DNA of 64,000 nt from Octopus sinensis. Lineage: Eukaryota. The position numbers were made by a program, and so were the translations under genes. The notes below the pieces were generated by a model, which was given only the letters and a program-made list of their open reading frames with translations, had not been told where the DNA came from and searched no databases. Below are positions 23,560 through 35,569 of the stretch, one piece after another. Numbering within the stretch: position 1 is the first letter of the stretch; every line of letters begins with the position of its first letter. Location of the stretch: positions 26,598,001-26,662,000 of the forward strand of contig NC_043014.1 of assembly GCF_006345805.1 (NCBI RefSeq), read 5' to 3'.

Positions 23560-26500
23560 TATCTGAGAGACCTTCTGGCAGCGACTTTACGATAACTGCT
23601 GCTACTGTTCGAAGAGAATTTCTAGAGTACTTGAAATCCCTAAAGTCAGATATCAATAACTCTTATCATGGAAATTTCAAAAAAATCATCAAGTCGTATA
23701 ACTCTGCATTGGTCTTTACATCGATGGAGCCTCCTGGAATGAGCTCATATTGTTTCAGTATTCATGAACAATTGTACCGTAGAACATCACATATGTGTCC
23801 AGCTGGTGGTCAACGAAGACAGTTTGCTCCACTGTATATTGTTTATTCTGTAGACTCTCATAGTACAAGAACAGTAAATATTTTAAATAAAACTTAAACA
23901 CCTGAATAGCAGTGGCATTAGATAAAAATGTCACCATTATTACATAAAATTAACATCTATGCAGTAGCCTTTAAAACTATTAAAGAAGTTGAAACAAGGA
24001 AAACGTGTACGTTATAAAGGAAGCCCTCTACCTATTATAAATATAGCTTTTAACATAAACCGCAGTCCAAACAAGAAGCGATATAGTTTAATCCATGCTA
24101 CAGGCGACTCAAAGATACAACAATATAAGCTGTTACCTGTGCAGTTGGTAACAGATATGCGGTTCCTATCTCTTAAATTCAAGACTTATGTAAACGTGGA
24201 AATATGTTGGGTACGATACCGTTAAACTCGGTGTTATTAAAAGGACAATGAAAGGTGAAGTAAAAAACTATTTTGATGGGACATACGTGAATGCACCTGA
24301 AGTTATGTTTTACTTAAAAACAAAATGCATGACAGATCCCCTTCTTATCATTCACCTTCTAGTGCATTTGCAACAGCAGGAACCTATCTTTTTTAGAGAA
24401 GGTGATGAAAAAAGGAGCGCTGGAGATATCTGCTCCTTGTAACACCCTTCAAGCAGAATGACTTATCGATACCCAACAATATATACGGAAATGCACAGTA
24501 CCTATCATAACTGATATTCTTTATCATCATGTTTGACAAAGAGGTGACTATCTGGAAACCACGCAAGAGACGAGGAAAGAAAATTGTCAAGACTTTATTT
24601 CAAAAGGAAACAAGGATTTCATCTGAGGTTGTTATTGTTACACGTTAAAGGAGTTTACAAATTTGAGCATCTTAAAACAGCTGGTGACATACTATATAAC
24701 AATTATCATGAATCTCTAAATTAAAGTAACTCAGTACAGAATGGAAATAGTGGAACAGATGCTTGGCCGAAGCAGCTGTTGCCTAGAATCTGCACAACTG
24801 AGGTAGTTATTTGCTCTAGACTGTATTTCTGATGTTCCCAATGACTCTGCTGGACCGTGCTGTCAATCATTGAAGATTATGCCTTAACAAATACATGAGA
24901 AGTTTAGAGAGTTTTACAAGATATACATTTAATTCTTTTCTTAAATGGGTTATACTGCCCGGATTTGAATGTACTTATTTAACCCGAAATATTTTAATAT
25001 ATTTTCTGACTGTTATTAAGAGTGATGATACAGAGAAGAAACTTTTCTCTTTGGACGGTCAGGTAAAACATGCAGCTACATCACTTCTGATCATTTATCT
25101 GATTAGCATGAACTAAAGTGTTCTTTTGTATGCCACTACAGGAATAGCTGCAGATTTGCTTCTTAAAGGAAGAACAGTCCATAGGGGACTGAAACTTTCT
25201 GTTTCAATTATTGGAAACTCAGCATCACAAATGAGAATATCTTCTGAAAACTACAAAAAGTTTCTGCTTTAATAATAGTTGTATATATTGTCATGCTATT
25301 ACGTAAAATCCTCCATGATTTCCTACAATGTACGAAATTCAGTTGATATCCTGTCGAATGCAATCAGACAGGCCATTTGGTGGCAGAGCCTTTCTCTTTC
25401 TTTTGAGTAGAGACCAGTTGTGTGTAGAGGTTCAGTTGCTGCAATTTTACTCTTGCATAAATACGTAAAATCTATGGAGATATGTTACCAAAAAAACAAA
25501 AACCTTGGAGGACAAGATTTCCTGTGATGAATTTTGCAGATTGATAATGGCACGCTCCTTTAAGATTGCTATTTGAGTGAAAACTCAATTGAGATACCGG
25601 GTTATATGCTGTCTTTAAGTGATATAGTAAGAGGTATATTTAGAAGCTTCTTGATATTGTAAACGCGGATCACATGGAAGATATTGCTTCAAAAATTTTT
25701 TTCACTCTCAAAAATAAAGTGCATTTACATTGAAAGTAAACGAGTCTATTCTGAAATATTTCCTGGACAATCAAAGGAATATTCTATTCTGAATCTGAGA
25801 AGATATTTCAGCTACTACTGCTGCTAATTATTCAGTTGAAGTTTTGTATTCCTTGACTTCCACAGAAATGCTACCACAATTGTTGAAACTCAAGATTGGA
25901 TATATTGCCACGTTATTATGTAATCTGGATATATAGAGAGGGTTACTGAATGGCCCCCATTTGTTGTTAATTTTCTTGCATGACTTAAACGGTGTGGTTG
26001 TGTGGTAAGAAGTTTGCTTCCCAACCACATGGTTCCGGGTCCACTCTCACTGCTTGACACCTTGAACAAGTGTCTTCTACTATAGTCTCGAGCCGACCAA
26101 AGCCTTGCAAGTGGATTTGGTAGAGGGAAACTGAAAGAAACCTGTCGTATATGTGTTTGTATATGTGTGCTTCTTTGTATCTGTGTTTGTCCTCCATCAC
26201 CGCTTATCAACCGGCCGGTGTTGGTATGTGTACGTCCCCGTAATTTAGCGGTTCAGCAAAAGAGACCAATAGAATAAGTACTAGTCTTAAAAATAAGTCC
26301 TGGGATTGATTTGTTCGACTAAAACCCTTCAAGGTGGTGATCCAGCATAAACACAATCAAATGACCGAAACAAATAAAAGAATAAAAGAATGCATAGAAA
26401 GTTACTAAATGGAAATAAGAAAGGAGAGGTGTTTATCCTAAGAATAAACCTGTTACCAAGTGATACTTCAAATATTCTTTGTGTGATGAACGGAAGACAA

Positions 26501-26560
26501 TTTGCCATAGTACCTGCATATGCCATTAGTTTATAAATGTAACATAAAAAAATAACTAAT
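23560..26560 (+). pseudogene. Heavily decayed Helitron Rep/Pif1-helicase, interrupted by a SINE
   Basis: IKSYNSAL.F..YCFSIHEQLY..QFAPLYI; GYD..EVKNYFDGTYVNAPE; HLLVHL; LRLLLLHVKG; ATTGIAADLL..GRTVH; LKLKIG..LLCNL..GLLNG; RINLLPSD..RQF. Confidence 0.8.
25988..26392 (+). mobile_element. tRNA-derived SINE (same family as 1998-2426)
   Basis: Full-length similarity to 1998-2426. Confidence 0.85.
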
Positions 26561-27602
26561 GATTTCTTTCATAACTATATCAGCTTTACTTTTACTAATA
26601 CCGAAACGCACACTTCCCCAAAGAAGAAGGATTTAAAAAGTAGACTTATATCTTACAAATTTAGAATGGAACAACATATCGAGAGCCACTTCCTATACAA
26701 GCAATAAAAGACTCTGTGACTCACGTACTACAGAGAATCCTTAAACAACGAAAGAATTTCTTTTTTGTATACATAAGTACCGGAAATTTACTGATACTTG
26801 AAACCCACAGACCACACTAGTCGATGGCAGTCATATGTGAATTAAAACCAGGTAATCAAATTCAACTATCATGACTTGAATAATATTTGTCACCAAATTT
26901 CACCCTCAAATGAACTTCTTCACTCTTCCTGACTCTCAAAATACGATAAGTTTTTTTTAACGATAATAGCTCGTTTGATGTTCATAATCTAGCAAGGATT
27001 TTCGGTATCCACAATTCATTCTCAACTATTGAAACTCACTTTTTATACACACCTCACCAATAATAGGAAATTTTCTCGGAAAACAATAGAAACCTAGTGG
27101 CCATATTAAAATAAACACGCGCTATTCCAACTTTATTTCCAAAACCTAAAGAGATCGTTCCCTTTTTTTTTTTTTTGATGAGTATAACCTCCCGTAGTCA
27201 AATATTGGAATCCTGACTACATCCAACTTACCTTGATTTATCTAGGATCTAATTTCTCCCTTATTTATCATTCACTTTAAAATTCACTAGCCTGTTCATT
27301 TCATTTTCAAATTACGTATATTTGCTCAACAATTATAATTTCTGTCTATTGCCACAAAGAAATTGTATGTAAGTATATATCTGGATATTTACAATCTCAT
27401 TATATATACATTCACACACACGCACACGGATACACACACTCACATATAATATGTGTGAGTGGTTTTGTTTAAAGTACATATGTTTAAAAGTATATGTGCG
27501 AATATATATATATATATATTATATATATATATATTGGTAAAACGGTAAGATAAGAAAAGAAAGAAAGAGACCTCAATATTATGTAAATAGAGGAAATTTA
27601 TC

Positions 27603-27829
27603 TATGCAATAATATGTTACATTACTCGATAGTCAAGATAAAACTCTGAGTTTCAGATGCCGAAGTAGGAATCTACGACATCTCTTCGGTTATCTGGCTA
27701 TTTGAAAACGCTATCTCATAGCGTTTTCAAATAGCCAGATAACCGAAGAGATGTCGTGGATTCCCACTTCGGCATCTGAAACTCAGAGTTTTATCTTGAC
27801 TATCGAGTAATGTAACATATTATTGTATA
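27603..27829. repeat. Near-perfect palindrome (112-bp arms, 3-nt loop) with a degenerate HHR in each arm
   Basis: AGAUAA-CCGAAGA-GAUGUCG..CGGCAUC-u-GAAAC-ucaga-GUU-UUAUCU at 27737-27796 (+), mirrored at about 27636-27695 (-). Confidence 0.85.
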
Positions 27830-27864
27830 TATATTATATATATATATAATATATATAATATATA

Positions 27865-29617
27865 TATATAGGTAAACAGTAAAATAAATACAGACATGGA
27901 CAAGAACATGAAACACCACAGAGACGACACAAGAACCACAGGACGGGACATTCGAAGCCCTCAGTCATCAGTCAAGAACCAGATCATCTTAGCAATTTCG
28001 GCTGATTAATCTTGAGATTGCTCCGATATGGCCAGCCCGCCAAGGGAAATCTAAGCCAAGCGCATTAGATCCCCTGGAAGAAAGCTTCGAATGTATACAA
28101 CGAAGGACGGAAAACGATCGAAGTACACAAACAAAAATACAGAATACGTGACACCAATAAGAATACAAAAACGTAAAAACAATAACGGTAAAAATAAAAA
28201 ATAAACAACAAAACAAAACCAGGACGTAGGACAAGGGTCTTTCGACAGGACGATTTGAGTAGGGGCTGGCTTGTGAAGTTGTGCCTAAAGGCCACGGGGA
28301 GACGAACAAAAACGTGTTGCTTCTGAGGCTGCTGAAAACGAAAAGAGCGCTCAACAGCGGCTAGCTGTCACGTGAGAACAAAAGACAGGAGAAAGGGACA
28401 GATGAAAAGGGAGAGAAGGTGGACGAGGGAGGAGAAGAAAGAGACAGATCGAGGGGGCTGGAGGTGAGAGAGATAGAGAAACGTAGAAAGGGGGGGGGAC
28501 GGATGGAGAGGGAAAGAACGGAAGTGGAATAAGGGAGGGAGAGAGAGAGAGAAAAAGAGACAGATTAAGAGTCGTATCAAAGCTTGAGAAAAAAATATAC
28601 TTATCGTATAAGGACAATTGTGGATACGTAGCCGCCGATTATATAGGTAAACAGTAAAATTAAATACAGACATGGACAAGAACATGAAACACCACAGAGA
28701 CGACACAAGAACCACAGGACGGGACATTCGAAGCCCTCAGTCATCAGTCAAGAACCAGATCATCTTAGCAATTTCGGCTGATTAATCTTGAGATTGCTCC
28801 GATATGGCCAGCCCGCCAAGGGAAATCTAAGCCAAGCGCATTAGATCCCCTGGAAGAAAGCTTCGAATGTATACAACGAAGGACGGAAAACGATCGAAGT
28901 ACACAAACAAAAATACAGAATACGTGACACCAATAAGAATACAAAAACGTAAAAACAATAACGGTAAAAATAAAAAATAAACAACAAAACAAAACCAGGA
29001 CGTAGGACAAGGGTCTTTCGACAGGACGATTTGAGTAGGGGCTGGCTTGTGAAGTTGTGCCTAAAGGCCACGGGGAGACGAACAAAAACGTGTTGCTTCT
29101 GAGGCTGCTGAAAACGAAAAGAGCGCTCAACAGCGGCTAGCTGTCACGTGAGAACAAAAGACAGGAGAAAGGGACAGATGAAAAGGGAGAGAAGGTGGAC
29201 GAGGGAGGAGAAGAAAGAGACAGATCGAGGGGGCTGGAGGTGAGAGAGATAGAGAAACGTAGAAAGGGGGGGGGACGGATGGAGAGGGAAAGAACGGAAG
29301 TGGAATAAGGGAGGAGGGAGAGAGAGAGAAAAAGAGACAGATTAAGAGTCGTATCAAAGCTTGAGAAAAAAATATACTTATCGTATAAGGACAATTGTGG
29401 ATACGTAGCCGCCGATTATATAGGTAAACAGTAAAATTAAATACAGACATGGACAAGAACATGAAACACCACAGAGACGACACAAGAACCACAGGACGGG
29501 ACATTCGAAGCCCTCAGTCATCAGTCAAGAACCAGATCATCTTAGCAATTTCGGCTGATTAATCTTGAGATTGCTCCGATATGGCCAGCCCGCCAAGGGA
29601 AATCTAAGCCAAGCGCA
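27865..29617 (-). mobile_element. Non-coding tandem array, about 2.25 units of 776-777 bp, each with a hammerhead-like motif (retrozyme-like)
   Basis: Units nearly identical; motifs at 27956-28022, 28732-28798 and 29509-29575; (TA)n on both flanks; no credible protein. Confidence 0.75.
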
Positions 29618-29759
29618 TATATATATATATATACATGTATAATTATGCGAATATCGCTATGCCAAATCCTAGATTGACAACATATAAGTTAAAGAAACAA
29701 ATTTGTAACGATTAGTTTTAACTATTTTAAATGTAGGATTATTATTATCATTGTTATTA

Positions 29760-29895
29760 AGGCGACTACCAAGCAGAGTCGTTAGCACTATGGTAAAAAC
29801 GATTAGTGGCATTCACTCGTCTTTGCGTTTTGAGTTCAAATTCTTAACGCCCCCTCCAAAATTATTGGCCTCGAACCAAAATTTGAAACCATTAT
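29760..29895 (+). mobile_element. Internally deleted tRNA-derived SINE
   Basis: Head ..gcagagtcgttagcac..ttgagttcaaattc and tail caaaatttgaaacc; related to 35335-35490 and 58920-59110. Confidence 0.6.
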
Positions 29896-30299
29896 TATCA
29901 TTATTATTATTGTCATTAGTAATTTATTCAGAATGTAAATAAATTAAGTGATTTCCAACAAATGAATGATGCTATGGCAAGCATCTTCAGGGGGGCAATG
30001 AACTGACTGGTACTGCACTGCCTGCGATCAGATAAGAATTACGAGGCCACTGTTACAACTTGATCTGGAAGAGAACTTATTAGCCACTTGGTTATATGTG
30101 CATGTAAAACTCTCTCTCTCTCTCTCTCTCAGTATGTGTGTGTGTTACTCCGGTCGTCACTTGCAACTGAAGATGACATGGTAGCAAGGACCATACCTAT
30201 GTTCATAGTTTTTAGCTGTCGAAGCAGTCGTGAGTAGACATGGCCACGATCTCAGTCTGTCCACCATTGACCAAGCGGAATATAGCTAAAATATACAGC

Positions 30300-30450
30300 T
30301 GGAAGAAGTGAGAGCTGCACAAGCTAAATAGGCAAGAGCAATGTGAGATGGACTAACTTGCTCAAGGACACACGAATCGTACGGTCCAGGATTAAAGTCT
30401 GCAACCTTATGATTGTCATCCTACAACCTAACCACTAGGCCACGCCCCTT
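30300..30450 (-). mobile_element. Degenerate tRNA-derived SINE
   Basis: ggggcgtggcctagtggttagg.. followed by gtgtccttgagcaag. Confidence 0.55.
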
Positions 30451-31379
30451 TAGCGTAAGTGTATGAGAAACAAAAGCAGAGAGAAAGGGAGAGTGCGTGT
30501 GTGTCGTGCGTGTGTGTGAACTGATGGTATATAACGTTATTTTCTGTGGCTTTGACTGAGTCAACTGACACTGAGTGAAGTAAAAACTGTCAGCGTCTAG
30601 ACACAAGATACGTTGGGTTTATTTTTGTTTATTTTTACATAAGTTTGTGTGATGTGTGATATCTTTCTCTTTAGTTCTAATTCAGTTGTGCACATTTCAT
30701 ATAGAAAATCGTTGCTTTTTAAGCATTATTTCATACCTAATCGACACTTCTTGTGAAAATGTACGTAGTTGACATGGTACTTGTGGCAGTCTGTCGAATC
30801 TACAGTCATGTGTTATTAATATATGTATGTTTGTGTGTATACATACATATATATATATATATATATACATATATATACTTTATTTAAAAGCAGCAGAAAT
30901 ATAACAAATATATACATATATATATATATATACTTTATTTAAAAGCAGCAGAAATATAACGAACGGGAACGTGAAACTCTGAGTAACAGCTTTTGTTATA
31001 TTTCTGCTACTTTTAAATAAAGCCTATTACTCTACCTCTGGTATTTGAGTACTCCTTTTTCCAACTTGTTTCACATTTATGTGCTTACTCCGGTATATAT
31101 AATTGATTAAGTAACTAGAACATGGATTTGGTATTAGTCTTTATTTTGTACGACGATCGTTTCCACCCATCCTGCTACTGTCCCTTATGAGTGGGACTCC
31201 GTGCAATATGTTGTGTTGATTCCATTTTGCAATCTGGGTCACATCAGGTACATCCATACATAAAGTGGTGTTTCGATCAGAAGTAGGTACATGAGAAGCA
31301 ATAATGGCGTAGAGGAAAATAGCAACAGACAACACATCAGCAGCGTTAAACATAGAATACCACAAAATCGCTACACCTC

Positions 31380-32430
<1,051 letters not shown>

Positions 32431-33030
32431 TACAATGGAAACCATACGTAATCAATACAAATCAAACACACAGGAAAAACACATAACCCCGACCATTCGA
32501 ATTCACCGCTCCACCTCCCTGAGTGACAACCTAATAAACAACAATCACAGAACCTATAACAAGGAGGAACCGAATGAGAACGCTACATGTATTTAGGTAC
32601 GTTCATATAAGACAGAACCGTTGGTCACAAGAGTATAGTTTGTTTCTTTGTTTGTTTTTTCAAAAAATGTAATAGACAGATTAACTAAAGAGGCAAAAAT
32701 GTTTTATTTTGTTTACTATGTTTACATACAGTTATATATGTTCATATATGATACTTTTGAATGCAACCATGTGTCAATAAAATATGTTAACAAAAAGTTT
32801 CTCGAGAATAGCTTTTTTGGAAACGTAATATACGAATTAACTAAAGAGACTTTATGTTTATATACAGTTATACATGTTCATGTATGTGACTTTAGAATGC
32901 AACGGTACGTAACTAAAATATGCTAACAAAAAGTTACTCATTGAAAAACTAACGAGGCAGTTAAAATATATACATCTAGATGGGTATGTATGCATGTGTG
33001 TATATTATGTGTGTAGGTATGTGTGTGTAA

Positions 33031-33068
<38 letters not shown>

Positions 33069-33226
33069 ACAGACACACACACATGTGTGTATGTAAATAT
33101 ATGCGTGTATGTATATGTGTGTGTATGTGTTTATGTATATACATATGTTTTTGTGTGTCTATATATATATGTGTGTATATATGTGTGGGGGGTATATGTG
33201 TGAGTATATATATATATATATAATAT

Positions 33227-33260
<34 letters not shown>

Positions 33261-34509
33261 GATGAGTGTGTGCATATATATGTGCATGTGCGTATATGTG
33301 GGGCTGTTGGTATATGTACAGGTGTATGTATGTGTGTGCATGTATCTATATAAGTAGATATGCATGTATGTGTCTGTCCAGTCATCTGCTGTTGTTGAAT
33401 GTACCATTGATCCGACGTGATATAGATAAAAAATGCATGAAATTTTCTACATCCGGCCCTCATCTTAAAGTAACTGTGATGACAGACCTTTAATGTAGTT
33501 ATCTTTCGACTATAAATTGTAGGAATTACGGCTGAAATTGGACAGATGGTGGGGTGTCGTCGTCTTTGTGAGGGTGTATGTGCGGATGTGTGTGTATATG
33601 TGTGTATATATACCTATACGCATCCCAACCTAGGTTAGCATGTATACCAACCTCTTGCCCCCCCCCAGACATTTTCGCCTGCATATATATTTTTTCTTTC
33701 TTTTCTCTTTATTTTTCTAGTACCATTCCCTCGTCTTGAATTTAATGTAACTTAATCCCTCCTTTGTCCAACTCCTACTTACTTCTCCTGCATAGTTTTT
33801 CTTTTTTTCTTCTTTCTTGTCTACAGTTATGTTTATATTTACAAATGTTTACCGTTTTTGTGATGGTAATAGTAAGTTAATGGTAATGAAAATTGTAGCA
33901 ATGTTTCATTCCCTAATTCGACGGAAAACTAACAACATAAGCACCCAAACTCCAGATCTTTAGCGAGGCAATTCTTTATGTATGCATGTACCTTATTTGA
34001 CCCAGACTGCAAAATGAATGCAGCACAACATGTTGCACGGAATCCCACTCGTAACGAACAGTTGCTGGATGGGGCGAAACGATCATCGTATGAAATGAAG
34101 ACTAATACCAAATCCATCTTCTGGTTACTTAATCAATTATTATCATCTCAACTAACATTGCAGGATTCCAGTAGATCCAACAGAAATATACCCCAACTAT
34201 GGAGGAATCAGGTACTCAACACTTGACTACACTGATCGATATACACGCATTAGTCCAAAATATTACATATACACACTGTTGGGAAATTAAGGTTTTCTTA
34301 AAACTTATGCCTGTTTTGTGAGTATATTATGAAATAATATTATTATTGGGCAGTGTTACCTACACTGCATTATAAATTTTAACAGGTAAACAGACGGTTT
34401 TGCATGCTGTACTGTAAGGTCACGATGAAGTCCATTGTCAAAATGGGGAAAGTTAGGTAAATAGCCAAACTATGATGAGAAGACATACCTAAAACAAAAA
34501 TAATATATA

Positions 34510-34815
34510 GAAGCCAAAACAAGAAGAGTGCCATTGTTATCAAGTGAATGATATTTCAGCATCTAGTGTGCCTTCCACAGATTCAAAAAATAAACTTGTC
34601 AATCTAATTCATTTTTGGTAATGTTTTATAGGATTCAGGAAACTCCTCCAGTAGGTATACAGAAGCAAAAAATGAAGTAGATTGACAAGTATATTTTTGA
34701 ACCTGTGGAAGGCACACTAGATGCCGAAATATCGTTCACTTGATAACAATAGCACTTTTCTTTTATTTTTTGCTTCTGTATACCTACTGGAAGAGTTCTC
34801 TCAGTCCTATGAAAT
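34510..34815. repeat. Imperfect inverted pair carrying A6U-variant minimal HHRs (34545-34585 -, 34698-34738 +)
   Basis: UGAAC-CUGUGGA-A-GGCA(cacuaga)UGCC-GAAAU-AUC-GUUCA; the other arm has UGAAU/AUUCA. Confidence 0.65.
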
Positions 34816-34824
34816 AATAATAAT

Positions 34825-34857
<33 letters not shown>

Positions 34858-34867
34858 AATAATAATA

Positions 34868-34901
<34 letters not shown>

Positions 34902-34902
34902 C

Positions 34903-35325
34903 GGATCTTTTCGGTTTGAACGGCAGTTTTTTCTAGCGGTGTCATATGAAATTGTCACCCATAATTATGATCCTAGTATCGATCTATTGCATTTCAATCT
35001 GTTTTAGGGTTAGGGTTAGGGTTAGAAGTGGGAGGAAGGGTACCTTTTTTTCTTCACAAATGTAAATAAACCCAATCTGTTTCTTAAACGAGGGACATAT
35101 TCATACGGCACAGAATGTTTTTCACCTCAATAGACGTCAGTGATTGGCTGAAATTGCAGAAATTGAAGAAAAAAAAACAACAAATATCTTACAAACCATC
35201 GAATTTTCTCAATAAAGCCAAGAGAAAAAGATGTTTTATAAACACATTCTACCAGTATACGAAGTTTAAAATATTTTAGTTACCTAGAAATTATGTTAAA
35301 AACTGCCGTTCAAACCAAAAAGATC
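34903..35325. mobile_element. MITE with TIRs of about 28 bp, 8-bp TSD (TAATAATC) and internal (TTAGGG)n; possibly Merlin-like
   Basis: ggatcttttcggtttgaacggcagtttt vs aaaactgccgttcaaaccaaaagatcc; GG..CC termini. Confidence 0.65.
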
Positions 35326-35334
35326 CTAATAATC

Positions 35335-35490
35335 TTATAAGCACAAGGCCTGAGATTTGGCGACTCAGCTGGTACTTAATTTACCGGCCCCGAAAGGATG
35401 AAAGACAAAGTCGGTTTCGGCGGAATTTTTACTCAGAACGTAGCTACAGGCTAAATAACGATTCTGCCATCTCACCGCCTTCACCGCCTT
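35335..35490 (-). mobile_element. tRNA-derived SINE fragment
   Basis: ctggtacttaatttaccggccccgaaaggatgaaagacaaagtcgg..actcagaacgta. Confidence 0.7.
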
Positions 35491-35517
35491 AATAATAATA
35501 ATGACGATTATTATCTC

Positions 35518-35569
<52 letters not shown>

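Noticed and set aside
27865-29617. CRISPR-like array or coding repeats (121-aa and 76-aa ORFs)
   Set aside because: No repeat-spacer structure; eukaryotic context; the ORFs are low-complexity by-products.
30185-30262. Possible HHR (CUGAAGA..GAAGCAGUC)
   Set aside because: GAAA is broken and no stem I is in register.
34990-35030. Telomere or chromosome-fusion scar
   Set aside because: Only about four TTAGGG units, internal to a TIR element.
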